In this document: in pieces, positions 1 through 9,957 of the stretch
How positions within the stretch are numbered: the stretch's first letter is position 1
Layout: each line of letters begins with the position of its first letter
Assembly: GCA_024681705.1 (NCBI GenBank)
Contig: JAILAI010000284.1
Location: 152-64,151 of the forward strand
Length of the DNA stretch: 64,000 bases
From: Prevotella sp.
GTDB taxonomy: Bacteria; Bacteroidota; Bacteroidia; Bacteroidales; Bacteroidaceae
Direction: 5' to 3'
Made by a program: the position numbers and the translations under genes
Notes under the pieces: model-generated
Told to the model about the DNA's origin: nothing
Databases searched by the model: none
The model's input: only the letters and a program-made list of their open reading frames with translations

Positions 1-705
1 GAGTTTCTCCGGTATGTCGTAGAACGACTCTGCCAATGCTCCGGTGATGCAAGCCTTGGTGTCGGTGTCGCCATCGGCCAGAACGGCAATGCGGATGGCG
101 TCTTCGAAACTTCCGCTCTCCAGGAAACAACGGATGGCCCAAGGCACCGTCTCCATGCACGACCCGTCGAAATGCCCGACGCTTCCGATGCGATAGATGT
201 CCTTGAGCGGTGGAATCTCGTAGCCCCACTCCTTCTCCACCTTACGTTCCACCTGCATCTTGGTGATGCGTGTGGTACGAAGCCAGTAGCACAGGGTGGC
301 GATGCACTCGGCGCCCTTCAGCCCTTCGGGATGGTCGTGGGTGCAAGCGGCCGAAAGCACGGCCTGTTCCTTCACTTCGTGATAGTCGTCGAACAACCAC
401 GCCACTGGGCTTACGCGCATGGCCGAACCGTTGCCGAAGCTACCATAGGGTTGCGGATCGTCGCTATTGATCCACTGGTAGAAGCGGCCGCCATAGCTTC
501 CCATGGGGTTTGGATAGCGCCGGCACCACTCGAGCAGCGCGTCGCGATAGCTCTTTCCGTTCATAATAGCATCGGCCACGGCGATGGTGCAAACCGTGTC
601 GTCGGTGTAGTCGCATTCGCTGGTGAATAGCTGGAATCCTGGCTGTGGTGCCTCGCCGAATTCAAATCGGGAGCCCACAATGTCGCCGATAATTGCTCCA
701 ATCAT
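1..705 (-). CDS. ADP-ribosylglycohydrolase family protein (runs off the left window edge)
   Basis: Not in the ORF track; translated by hand from the ATG at 705: MIGAIIGDIVGSRFEF...YTDDTVCT...GNGSAMRVSP...GDTDTKACITGALAE. These are the TDD, GNG(S)AMR and GDTDT motifs of the family. Confidence 0.9.
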   Translation of the reverse strand, partial: MIGAIIGDIVGSRFEFGEAPQPGFQLFTSECDYTDDTVCTIAVADAIMNGKSYRDALLEWCRRYPNPMGSYGGRFYQWINSDDPQPYGSFGNGSAMRVSPVAWLFDDYHEVKEQAVLSAACTHDHPEGLKGAECIATLCYWLRTTRITKMQVERKVEKEWGYEIPPLKDIYRIGSVGHFDGSCMETVPWAIRCFLESGSFEDAIRIAVLADGDTDTKACITGALAESFYDIPEKL

Positions 706-745
706 AACTATAGGTTTATTGATTTAGACGTTCTAATGCAGATAA

Positions 746-1693
746 TTACGTTTGCGGTTCCTCGTGCTCATCGGGATTGTCCTTCCGCTGGCGGTTTCTC
801 GGGTGATGGTTCAGAATCTCCTCCCTCAGCGTGTGGGTGTCGATGTGCATGTAGATCTCGGTGGTGCCGATGCTCTCGTGGCCCAGCATGGCTTGTATGG
901 CGCGCAGGTCGGCACCGCCCTCGAGCAGGGCTGTGGCGAAGGAATGGCGCAACGTATGGGGCGAGATGGTCTTGCTGATGCCCGCCTCAAGGGCCATCTG
1001 CTTCACCATGATGAGAATCATCGTGCGCGTCAGGTGGGCACCTCGTCGGTTCAGGAAGACGTAGTCCTCTTCGCCCGGCTTCACATTGGTCATGTGGTTG
1101 CGGTCGTCGAACCAGAAGTTCAGCTCGCGAATGGCCTTGGGCGAGATGGGCACCAGCCGCTCCTTGCGACCTTTACCCTCCACGCGGATGAAGCCCTCGT
1201 CGAGAAACAGGTTGGAGAGTTTCAGCGTCGTCAGCTCCGAAACGCGCAGGCCGCACGAGAACAACACCTCGATGATGGCCCTATTTCGGTGACCTTCCCA
1301 CTTCGACAGGTCGATGGATTGCTCCATCTGGTCTACCTCCTGCACCGAGAGCACCTCGGGCAGATGGTCGCCAAACTGAGGGCTCTCCAGCAGTTCGGTT
1401 GGGTCGTCGTCGCGCCAACCGTCGAGTTGCAGGAACTTGTAGAACGTGCGCACACCGCTCAGCACACGACAGGCCGATCGCGGTCCCACGCCGATGTCGT
1501 GGAGCGAAGCGGCAAACGCCTGGAGGTCTTCCAACCGCGCTTCGGTGGGGTCGATGTCGCCCGACTTCAGGTAGGCCAGCAGTTTCTCCACGTCGCGCAT
1601 GTAGGCCTCCACCGTGTTCGCCGTGAAGTTCCGCTCCAGTCTCAGATACCTCTTAAAGGCCTTTGCGGCATTCTGCGTTTGCTTCTTTGCCAT
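746..1693 (-). CDS. xerD: Tyrosine recombinase XerD/XerC
   Basis: Catalytic motifs GLRVSE, GKGRK, HTLRHSFATALL, LGH and TEIY; N-terminal SAM-like NTVEAYMRD. Start is probably MAKKQ at 1693, since a TAtcTTTG box lies just upstream on the minus strand. Confidence 0.85.
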   Translation of the reverse strand: MAKKQTQNAAKAFKRYLRLERNFTANTVEAYMRDVEKLLAYLKSGDIDPTEARLEDLQAFAASLHDIGVGPRSACRVLSGVRTFYKFLQLDGWRDDDPTELLESPQFGDHLPEVLSVQEVDQMEQSIDLSKWEGHRNRAIIEVLFSCGLRVSELTTLKLSNLFLDEGFIRVEGKGRKERLVPISPKAIRELNFWFDDRNHMTNVKPGEEDYVFLNRRGAHLTRTMILIMVKQMALEAGISKTISPHTLRHSFATALLEGGADLRAIQAMLGHESIGTTEIYMHIDTHTLREEILNHHPRNRQRKDNPDEHEEPQT

Positions 1694-2038
1694 GTTCCTT
1701 GCTCCACCTTTCTGTTCTAATTCGCATTGCAAAGATAATAAAAAAGCGCGAAAGTAGTTTTCCTCCGATAGAAAAACTGTTTTCTTTTCGAAGATTTTCT
1801 TCGATATCGCTTTCATCGCTCATATTCAGATGCCGCTTTGGACTGATTCCAGCCACCCGTCTCGGCTATTTCCCAACGTCATATTCACCGTTCATGTTTT
1901 CAGGTCGTTAAACATTCTTAATGTCTCGACTAAATCGTTTGCGAGACAAAACAAACACATTATCTTTGCAATGTGAACAATGGATTTTCATTCATACACG
2001 AATGACTATCAAACGAGAATCAAAACTGACATCACACT

Positions 2039-2749
2039 ATGAAGCAAAAAGGATTCCACCGCCATCTTGAGACACCTCATCAGCCACTCTATTGGCTGCT
2101 TTTTGGTTATATCCTACTGGGCTTCTTTTGGCCGATTGTGGGATGGGCGCTCCTTTTCTATATTATCGGCACCATACTGACAGCTTTTTGGCGTGGGCGC
2201 TGGTGGTGCGGACATATATGTCCACGTGGCAACATGTTTCTTCATCTGCTTTCCAAATACTCTCCCCATCGCCCTATACCTTCGTTTGTACGTACCGTCG
2301 GTTTCCGCCTTTTCGTGATAGTTGTGATCTTTGCATCTTTCGGTATCGGATTCTATCGTGCCTGGGGCGACTGGTCTGCCATGGGTGGCGTGTTTTGGAA
2401 GACGATACTTATCACCACCATTATCGGCATCATCCTTTCATTTATCTATGCTCCACTTACGTGGTGTAGTTTCTGCCCGATAGGCACTCTGGCTGCTTGG
2501 GCATCGCCTAAGAAAAAGCCTTTGCCCAAGTCGTTTACCGGCATACACATTGACGGTAGCTGTGATGCGAAGTGCAAGTCGTGCGCCCGCGTCTGTCCCA
2601 TGCAACTCACGCCTTACATTGCCCGTGGCGAATCATCAGGCTTCCTACACCCCGACTGTTTCAAGTGTGGCAAGTGTTGCCAAGCCTGCCCTTCGAAGAA
2701 GGTAAAATTAGAAAGCGTATCGGGGAACCCACAAATTAACAACCATTAA
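2039..2749 (+). CDS. 4Fe-4S binding membrane protein (NapH/MauN-like polyferredoxin)
   Basis: TM segments, CGHICP and CSFCP motifs, and two CxxCxxxCP ferredoxin-type motifs at the C-terminus. Confidence 0.8.
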   Translation: MKQKGFHRHLETPHQPLYWLLFGYILLGFFWPIVGWALLFYIIGTILTAFWRGRWWCGHICPRGNMFLHLLSKYSPHRPIPSFVRTVGFRLFVIVVIFASFGIGFYRAWGDWSAMGGVFWKTILITTIIGIILSFIYAPLTWCSFCPIGTLAAWASPKKKPLPKSFTGIHIDGSCDAKCKSCARVCPMQLTPYIARGESSGFLHPDCFKCGKCCQACPSKKVKLESVSGNPQINNH

Positions 2750-2764
2750 TATTTGCGTCCCGCA

Positions 2765-3140
2765 TTTTTAACCTCACCATTTTAAAATTCTGCGCTAACA
2801 TTTCCGAAGCACCGATATAAGCCAACCACAAGCCGTTAGCGTAACTTTCTGACATTCAACACCTTACAAAACTACCAACAATCTATTTGCATAATATTGC
2901 GCGAATTATGCAAGAAAATCGAGAAAAACGGCCACCAAAAGCGGCAGTTTCGATGACCAAAAGCGGCAGTTTCGGTCATCAAAAGCGCCAATTTCGATGA
3001 TCGAAACTGACGGTTTTGCTCAACCGACTTTTCGACTGCCATCTCGACATTGCAAAAAGGGGATAGACAAGTGGGTAGTTTTGTGTTAAAAAGTTGAGCG
3101 TTTTTGGCCTGAGAATTTAACAAATGGGGCGGGGAAAATA
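2765..3140 (+). repeat. Dispersed ~370-bp non-coding repeat, family A, copy 1
   Basis: Core caaaagcggcagtttcgatga...gcaaaaaggggatagaca-gtgggtagtttt is shared with 48930-49290 (+) and 25280-25645 (-). Boundaries are approximate. Confidence 0.85.
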
Positions 3141-3251
3141 GTTAAAAAAGATAAAGGGAAGACCCATTTCGTAATATTGGTGTCCGCTTAAAAATATGTT
3201 CGAGTGATGAGTCGTCAATTAGTATGGCGCATCCTCTTGGTCGGGGAATCA

Positions 3252-3420
3252 ACCCCACCCCTGCCCCTCCCCTGTAAACAGGGGCGGGGAGTAAATGAAG
3301 AGTTATAGGCAGCATCAGTAATTATAATGTAGAGTTCTTTCTGTTCCGCCCTCTTGATAGGGAAACAAACACTATCTATACTCCCCGCCCCTGCTTGCAG
3401 GGGAGGGGTAGGGGTGGGGT
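3252..3420. repeat. GC-rich 42-bp inverted repeat pair (REP/boxC-like)
   Basis: accccacccctgcccctcccctgtaaacaggggcggggagta (3252-3293) is nearly the reverse complement of tactccccgcccctgcttgcaggggaggggtaggggtggggt (3379-3420). Confidence 0.75.
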
Positions 3421-3479
3421 CAACAAAGCCCCCTATGTTAGAGCTGTGGCCAACAAGCATGGGACTTTGAGCAGGGAAG

Positions 3480-3578
3480 AACCCCGAAGGGGTGACAAGA
3501 CCACAGGCAGGGGTGGAGCGAAGCGGAACCCCTGATAGCGATACAACTAAAAGACAAGCGCCGAAGGTGCGACACAAT
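3480..3578. repeat. REP-like multi-hairpin element
   Basis: Three GAA(G)-loop hairpins: ccccgaagggg, caggggtggagcgaagcggaacccctg and gcgccgaaggtgc. Confidence 0.55.
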
Positions 3579-3728
3579 ACGAATGCTACACCATTTCAAG
3601 GTCTGAGGGGGCTTGTCAAGCGGCAAAAGTCGTAAATATGTAGCTAAAAATATGTTTAGCGGACAGTAATAATTTCGTAATGCTAATCGACAAAATGGAA
3701 ATACCAGAGTACCGACGAAAGGAACCAG

Positions 3729-3764
3729 AAAAAGGGCGAGACCACTGATGGCCTCGCCCTTTTC
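3729..3764 (-). terminator. Rho-independent terminator of secDF
   Basis: aaaaagggcgag-accactgatggc-ctcgccctttt hairpin with A/T runs, just past the secDF stop. Confidence 0.75.
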
Positions 3765-3788
3765 GATATGTATTTTCAGCGCGTTTGC

Positions 3789-6700
3789 TTATGCTTCTTC
3801 CTTGATGCGACGACCCATCACGAGGTAGGCAACGGGCGATGCAATGAAGATGGAAGACAGTGTACCGAAGACAACGCCCAGGATCATGGCGAAGGCGAAG
3901 CTACGGATGCTGGCACCACCGAGGATGAAGATACAGAGCAGCACGATCAACGTAGAGATAGAGGTGTTGACGGTACGTGCGAGCGTCTGGTTAATACTCT
4001 CGTTGAAGAGAGACTGCTTGTCCTGCTTCGGATGCAGACCGAGGTTCTCACGGATACGGTCGAACACCACCACCTTATCGTTGATAGAGTAACCAATCAC
4101 GGTAAGGATAGCACCGATGAACGTCTGGTCGATTTCGAGCGACCAAGGCACGATGCCCCAGAGCAGTGAATAGAGACCGAGCACGATGAGCGTGTCGACA
4201 GCCAGAGCAACCACTGAGCCTACTGAGAAGGCAACGTTGCGGAAACGCAGCAGGATGTAGAGGAAGATGGCCACCAGAGCGATGAGCACACTATAGATAG
4301 CGTTGTGAGTGATATCCTTAGCCACCGACGGACCCACCTTCGTAGAACTGATGATGGAACCACCCTCACGGATATCGGGGTTCTTGAATGCCTCAACATT
4401 GGCCTGCTTCACCAGACCGTGCTTCTTCAGAGCGTTGTAGAGAATGGTCTCTGCCTCGTCGTCAGCGGTCGGGCTATTGCTCTCAATCTTGTAGTTGGTT
4501 GACATACGGATGGTCTTGCCATCGGCACCAATAGAGATAGCACCTGTGTTGCATCCGGGGAATGCCTCAGCAAGAATGCCGCGCACTTCCTCAGGTTCTA
4601 CGGCCTTCTCGAAGGTCACCACGTAGTTACGACCACCAGTGAAGTCGATGCTCTTCGACAGACCGCGAACGGCGAAGCTGATGAGGAACACCACGATGGC
4701 GACGCCAACGAAGATGAAGGTCTTCTTGTAGAACGACATGAACGGAATGTGCAAGTTCTGCAACAGGTTCTTCGAGAACTTGGTGGTGAATGTCAGATGC
4801 AGCCACTTGTCCTTGTTCAGGCGGTTCTCATAGACCAGACGGGTCAGGAACACGGCTGTGAAGAACGAGCAGACGATACCGATGATCCAAGTCGTTGCGA
4901 AACCGCGGATAGGACCAGTACCGAAGATAAGCAGGATGACACCAGTGATCAACGATGTCAAGTTAGAGTCGAAGATGGCCGAGAAGGCGTTGCTGTAACC
5001 AGCGCGGAGGGCTTCCTTGATGCCCTTGCCGCCGCGCATCTCTTCCTTGATACGTTCATAGATAAGCACGTTGGCGTCGACGGCAGTACCCAGCGTCAGC
5101 ACGATACCGGCAAGACCGGACATGGTGAGCGCGGCCTGGAACGACGTCAGGATACCCAACGTGAAGAACAGGTTGATGAGCAGGGCGCAGTTGGCCATCA
5201 TGCCGGGGATGACATTGTACATCAGGAGCATGTAGATCATCAAGAGCACGAAGGCGATGATGAACGATACGATACCCTGCTGGATGGACTGAGCACCGAG
5301 TGTAGGACCTACGACCTCTTCCTGAACGATGCGGGCAGGAGCCGGCATACGACCAGACTTCAGCGTGTTGGCCAAGTCCTTAGTGGTTTCGATGGTGAAG
5401 TTACCAGTGATTTGTGAGTTACCACCGGTGATTTCCTGGTTCACGCGAGGAGCAGAGTAGACCACTCCGTCGAGAACGATGGCCACAGCCTTGCCGACAT
5501 TGGCCTTCGTCAGTGCTGCCCAGCGGCGTGCGCCGTCGTTGTTCATCGACATGCTCACGCTAGGACGACCAGAGAGCTGCTCGAATTCGTCCTTAGCATC
5601 TACGATAACGTCGCCCTCAAGCGGTGCGCGACCGTTGTTGCCGCTCGACTTAATGGCATAGAGCTCGTAGATGTTCTTGGTTCCGTCGGCAGCGGCGGCG
5701 CCCCACATCAGCTTCAGGTCAGAAGGCAGAATGCGCTTGCCTTCCTCGCCAAAGATGGCGCGGTTCACCTCAGCGGTGTCGCGAACGTTGGCATAACCCA
5801 CAATGCTGAGGCTGCCCTGAGGAGCCAGCTGCAGGATGGCGAGCAGCGGGTGCTGCTTCTTGGCAGCTGCGAGCTGAGCCTCTGTAGCCTTGGTATCATT
5901 GTCGGCAGCAGCCTTGTTGTCCTTCTTGATTTCGAACTTAGCCTTGTCAGCCTTGGCGCTGTCGCCCTGGGCCTTGGCGCTATCGGCAGCAGCTTTCTCA
6001 GTTGCGGCGGGAGCAGCAGCTGTAGTGTCGGCAGCAGCTTCCTCACCAGCACCCATGCTGGCCAGACGAGTGTCGAGCTGTGTCAGGTAAGGAGTAATTT
6101 CCTGGCTATTGTATGTCTCCCAGAATTCGAGGTTTGCACTACCCTGAAGCAACTTACGGATACGCTCGGGTTCGCGGATACCAGGCATTTCAACCATGAT
6201 ACGACCCTGCTGGCCTTCGAGTTTCTGGATGTTGGGCTGTACGACACCGAACTTGTCAATACGGTTGCGCACCACATTGAACGAGTTGTCGATGGCCGAC
6301 TGCACCTCAGCGCGCAATGCGTCTTCCACTTCCTTGTCGGTGCTCTGCGTCGACACTTTGCCCTTCAGCTGCTGAGTGGCGAAGATTTCTGCGAGGCGAT
6401 GGCCGGGCGCATTACGTTGGTAAGCTTTGATAAACAGCGAGATAAAATCGCTCTGACTGGTCTCCTCTTCCTTCTTGGCCTCGGTCATGGACTTCACAAA
6501 AGCGGCGTCCTGCTTGTGGTCGGCCAGCGTCTCCACTACGTCGGGAACGCTGATTTCGAGGATGACATTCATACCGCCTTTCAGGTCCAGACCCAGACCG
6601 ATCTGTGTCTCAAGGCACTTCTGGTAAGAGTAAATGCCTAGATACTTCACAGAGTCTTTGTAGTCTTGCTGTGCTACTGGGTCCTTGATCTTGGCGGCCT

Positions 6701-6800
6701 GGCTGTCATAGTAGTTTGTAGCTACCGAGAAGCTCAGGTAGAAGATACTTGCAAGCGTCAGTAAGACGGCTGTACAAATAACAATTCCTTTGTTTTGCAT
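3789..6800 (-). CDS. secDF: Protein translocase subunit SecDF
   Basis: LGLDLKGG, RNRIDKFGV, AVDANVLIYERIKEE, IDFTGG and GYSINDKVVVFDRIRE motifs. Confidence 0.97.
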   Translation of the reverse strand: MQNKGIVICTAVLLTLASIFYLSFSVATNYYDSQAAKIKDPVAQQDYKDSVKYLGIYSYQKCLETQIGLGLDLKGGMNVILEISVPDVVETLADHKQDAAFVKSMTEAKKEEETSQSDFISLFIKAYQRNAPGHRLAEIFATQQLKGKVSTQSTDKEVEDALRAEVQSAIDNSFNVVRNRIDKFGVVQPNIQKLEGQQGRIMVEMPGIREPERIRKLLQGSANLEFWETYNSQEITPYLTQLDTRLASMGAGEEAAADTTAAAPAATEKAAADSAKAQGDSAKADKAKFEIKKDNKAAADNDTKATEAQLAAAKKQHPLLAILQLAPQGSLSIVGYANVRDTAEVNRAIFGEEGKRILPSDLKLMWGAAAADGTKNIYELYAIKSSGNNGRAPLEGDVIVDAKDEFEQLSGRPSVSMSMNNDGARRWAALTKANVGKAVAIVLDGVVYSAPRVNQEITGGNSQITGNFTIETTKDLANTLKSGRMPAPARIVQEEVVGPTLGAQSIQQGIVSFIIAFVLLMIYMLLMYNVIPGMMANCALLINLFFTLGILTSFQAALTMSGLAGIVLTLGTAVDANVLIYERIKEEMRGGKGIKEALRAGYSNAFSAIFDSNLTSLITGVILLIFGTGPIRGFATTWIIGIVCSFFTAVFLTRLVYENRLNKDKWLHLTFTTKFSKNLLQNLHIPFMSFYKKTFIFVGVAIVVFLISFAVRGLSKSIDFTGGRNYVVTFEKAVEPEEVRGILAEAFPGCNTGAISIGADGKTIRMSTNYKIESNSPTADDEAETILYNALKKHGLVKQANVEAFKNPDIREGGSIISSTKVGPSVAKDITHNAIYSVLIALVAIFLYILLRFRNVAFSVGSVVALAVDTLIVLGLYSLLWGIVPWSLEIDQTFIGAILTVIGYSINDKVVVFDRIRENLGLHPKQDKQSLFNESINQTLARTVNTSISTLIVLLCIFILGGASIRSFAFAMILGVVFGTLSSIFIASPVAYLVMGRRIKEEA

Positions 6801-6977
6801 TTTTGTTTAATTATTTAATTATTTGATTTTTTCTCGCATGTTGTTGAAGCTGTTGAGCTTGCCTTACTATACGTCCTTAGTGCCACATTTTTGAGAAAAT
6901 GCGGCAATTTAGCGTGCAAAGTTACATATTTTTCTACATATCAAGAAATTTCGAGGCCACAAAAGTGCATTTTTTTG

Positions 6978-8069
6978 TTATTTCTCTTGCTTTTTGAGCC
7001 AACAGACGATTGGATAATGGTCGCTGGCGTTTATTTTGCTGTCAACCTGGCATGCGTAAGGCTGCCAGTCGTGCGAGCACAAAATGTGGTCGATTCTGAC
7101 GTAGATATGGTTCTGATTATAGGTCCAGCTGATGCCGTTTCCGCTCTCTTCGAAGCAGTCGGTGAGGTCGCGGGTGAGGCGTGTTCGCGGATAGGCGTTG
7201 GGACCCGAATTGAAGTCGCCGCACACGATGATGCTACGGCGTCGTTGTCCCCTGACGAACTTGGCGATGCTATCGGCCTGCGGAGCACGCAACTGTGTGG
7301 CTTCCACCAATTTGTGGAAAAGGTTCTTCGAGTTGTCGCGCACCTCGTCGATGTCGTTCTGGCCTCGTATGATACTGTCCACCTGCTGGCGCTCGCTCAT
7401 GGCCAGCCCGTTACTCAGCAGATGGGTGTTCACCACGATGATGGTATCGCCGCCCAAGTCTATCCAGAAGGCTCCGGCACCGTCGCCCTCATCGTTGTAT
7501 CTGATGAGTCGTTTGTGAACAATGGGATAGCGACTGGCCACCACCAGCAGCTGTCCGCTCGGCTTGCGCCGCACGCCGTCGATGTAGGGGTAGACCTTGC
7601 GCAGATTTTCGTCGTCTTCCTGTCCGGGCCATAGTTCCTGCATGCACACGATGTCGGGACGACTCTTCACGATGTAGTCGATGCCCCGACGTGAGAGCAC
7701 CTTGCCCGTGGTAGCATCGCGCTCGACGCTATCTAGTCGTTGCACGTTGAAACTCATCACTTTCAACGCACCTGGCGGAGGGTCTTCGGGAATATTTATA
7801 GGACAATACGCGCGCACGGGTACATAAGATATTAGTAGACCAGCGAGCGGAATGAGGGCGTGACGGGGACTCACCAACACCCAGAAGACAAGGAATCCCA
7901 AGTTCAATAGCAGCACGAAGGGCATGGCTAACCCCAGCGTTGCGAGCACGGGATAGGCGACCGGGTCGAAACGGTCGGCATGTCCCACCAACAAGAGCAA
8001 CAAAATGGCAAGCACGTTGGCAGCCACAATAACTCGCTGCGTAAACTTCTTTAGTTTGCTTTTGCGCAT
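6978..8069 (-). CDS. Endonuclease/exonuclease/phosphatase family membrane protein
   Basis: N-terminal TMs, plus SFNV, CMQE, NTHL, GDFN, RIDHI and SDHYP motifs. Confidence 0.9.
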   Translation of the reverse strand: MRKSKLKKFTQRVIVAANVLAILLLLLVGHADRFDPVAYPVLATLGLAMPFVLLLNLGFLVFWVLVSPRHALIPLAGLLISYVPVRAYCPINIPEDPPPGALKVMSFNVQRLDSVERDATTGKVLSRRGIDYIVKSRPDIVCMQELWPGQEDDENLRKVYPYIDGVRRKPSGQLLVVASRYPIVHKRLIRYNDEGDGAGAFWIDLGGDTIIVVNTHLLSNGLAMSERQQVDSIIRGQNDIDEVRDNSKNLFHKLVEATQLRAPQADSIAKFVRGQRRRSIIVCGDFNSGPNAYPRTRLTRDLTDCFEESGNGISWTYNQNHIYVRIDHILCSHDWQPYACQVDSKINASDHYPIVCWLKKQEK

Positions 8070-8082
8070 CTTCGCACAATAA

Positions 8083-9012
8083 TCATTGGTTGCTGTTCTC
8101 GAAAAGCTTCCGCTTCTCAGCCTCAGTCAGACTATCGTATCCGCTTCGGCGTATCTTATCCAAAATGGCGTCAATCTCATCTTGCTCGGCCTTTTTCCGC
8201 GCGTTGTACTCCCAATCGGTCTCATGGCGCGTGGGGTTCTCGTCGGGTTTCGGCGCATCGGCTTTCTTGTGACTACGTCGCTCCCAGTTCTTTTTCATTC
8301 CTTCGAAGAACTGCTGACCGCGCACCTGCCCGAAATTGCTGTTTCCAGGATGATGCTTCCAATAGCGTATCAGCAGGAATCCGAACAACATACCACCCAG
8401 GTGAGCCACATGAGCCACGCCGTCGCCCTTTTGGTTGAGGGCCATGAAGAGTTCAAGGACAGCATAGATGATGACGAACCATTTGGCCTTGATAGGTATA
8501 GGAAGTGGGAAAATGAAGATGCGCTCTTCGGGGAAAATCATACCGAAGGCCAGCAAAATGCCATAGATGGCACCCGAGGCTCCCACCGTGGTCCACGCGT
8601 TGAGGACAGAAGCCGAGTTGTGACCGATGGTCATCACGTCGGTGAATGACGAGCCGGGGAACTGAGCGTTCACGTCGATATAGAAAGTGATGAACTGCGC
8701 TATCTCCTGCGTGAGTCCGGCACCGATGCCGCACACCAGATAAAAGAACAGGAATTTACGGGGTCCCCACACGTTCTCCACCACGCATCCGAACATCCAC
8801 AGGGCGAACATATTGAAGAAAATATGCTCCAATCCGCCATGCATGAACATGTAGGTGAACAACTGATAGACATGAAACTCTGAGGCCATGAAAAAGTGAA
8901 GGCCTAACAGGTCGTTGAGGTCTGTGCCCATCCTTCCGAAAACGAAAGTGGCAGCAAACATCAACAGGTTTATAATCAACAGGTTTTTGGTAACTGTAGG
9001 TATATTGCGCAT
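8083..9012 (-). CDS. Rhomboid intramembrane serine protease
   Basis: HIFFNM, catalytic GASG and AHLGG motifs; C-terminal IDAILDKIRRSGYDSLT domain. Confidence 0.92.
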   Translation of the reverse strand: MRNIPTVTKNLLIINLLMFAATFVFGRMGTDLNDLLGLHFFMASEFHVYQLFTYMFMHGGLEHIFFNMFALWMFGCVVENVWGPRKFLFFYLVCGIGAGLTQEIAQFITFYIDVNAQFPGSSFTDVMTIGHNSASVLNAWTTVGASGAIYGILLAFGMIFPEERIFIFPLPIPIKAKWFVIIYAVLELFMALNQKGDGVAHVAHLGGMLFGFLLIRYWKHHPGNSNFGQVRGQQFFEGMKKNWERRSHKKADAPKPDENPTRHETDWEYNARKKAEQDEIDAILDKIRRSGYDSLTEAEKRKLFENSNQ

Positions 9013-9228
9013 GTGCTAACAGTAATGACGTTTGTTGTAAATAATGGCGCAAAATTACGAAAAATATCCGTTATTTAGCCCAAAAAACGGCATAAACACA
9101 CTTTTTTTCATTAAATTCTTCACTTTTTTCACTTTTTTGTTTGCATTTTGAATTGTTTAAACTATATTTGCGAAGAATTTCCGTGAGTTAACATACTATT
9201 AGTCAATTTAATATTTAAAAAAAGAGTT

Positions 9229-9498
9229 ATGAACAAAGCACAATTAATCGACAAGATTGCAGCCGGCGCAGCCATCAGCAAGGCAGACGCAAAGAAGGCT
9301 CTCGACGCTACCGTAGACGCTATCAAGGCAGCTCTCGTAGCAGGTGACAAGGTTTCTCTCATTGGCTTCGGCACATTCAGCGTTAACGAGCGTCCCGCTC
9401 GCGAGGGCATCAACCCTGCCACAAAGCAGAAGATCCAGATCCCCGCAAAGAAGGTGGCTAAGTTCAAGGCTGGCGCAGACCTCGCTGAGGCTCTGTAA
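9229..9498 (+). CDS. hup: DNA-binding protein HU
   Basis: MNKAQLID...GFGTF...REGINPAT...KFKAG signature. Confidence 0.96.
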   Translation: MNKAQLIDKIAAGAAISKADAKKALDATVDAIKAALVAGDKVSLIGFGTFSVNERPAREGINPATKQKIQIPAKKVAKFKAGADLAEAL

Positions 9499-9522
9499 AT
9501 CATTGTGATTCTACAAAAAACA

Positions 9523-9562
9523 AAAGAGCGGACTTCCCTTTGGAAGCCCGCCTTTGTTTTTT
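9523..9562 (+). terminator. Terminator after hup
   Basis: gcggacttcc-cttt-ggaagcccgc stem followed by a T-run. Confidence 0.7.
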
Positions 9563-9644
9563 AATGGCCCTGACGTTTCTTTGAGATTTAAGAACGTTCA
9601 GAACCTTCTCGTTCTTAAAGTCCTTCACGCTCTAATCACACCTT

Positions 9645-9955
9645 GAAAGCACCGATTTTACTCATGTGAATTGACGCCTTAGATCACGAAGAGGGGCGCT
9701 TTAGAGTTATGAACGCACCAATTTAACCTGATTAGAGGTAGAACCTACATCTTTTCTTTTAAATTTGCGTATAACACCTACCGACCTACCATGACCTTTC
9801 GTAAATACCTATCACAAAAGGGTTTAGATATGGTAGGTCAATGGTAGGTCTTTTCTCAACACCTACCATAGACCTACCCCTTTGTTTATAGGCGTTTGAG
9901 GGGTATGATGGTAGGTCGGTAGGTCTTTTTCGGAAAAGTCTTATATGACCGTAAA
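9645..9955 (+). repeat. Dispersed palindromic non-coding repeat, family B, copy 1
   Basis: Several acctacc/ggtaggt motifs; near reverse complement of 57425-57715. Confidence 0.85.
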
Positions 9956-9957
9956 GA

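Noticed and set aside
746-1693. Tyrosine recombinase as a prophage or ICE integrase
   Set aside because: Size and motifs fit chromosomal XerD/XerC; no phage or conjugation genes and no att repeats nearby.
2930-3020. 22-bp tandem units as a mini-CRISPR array
   Set aside because: The units are contiguous with no spacers, unrelated to the 47-bp repeat, and belong to a dispersed element.
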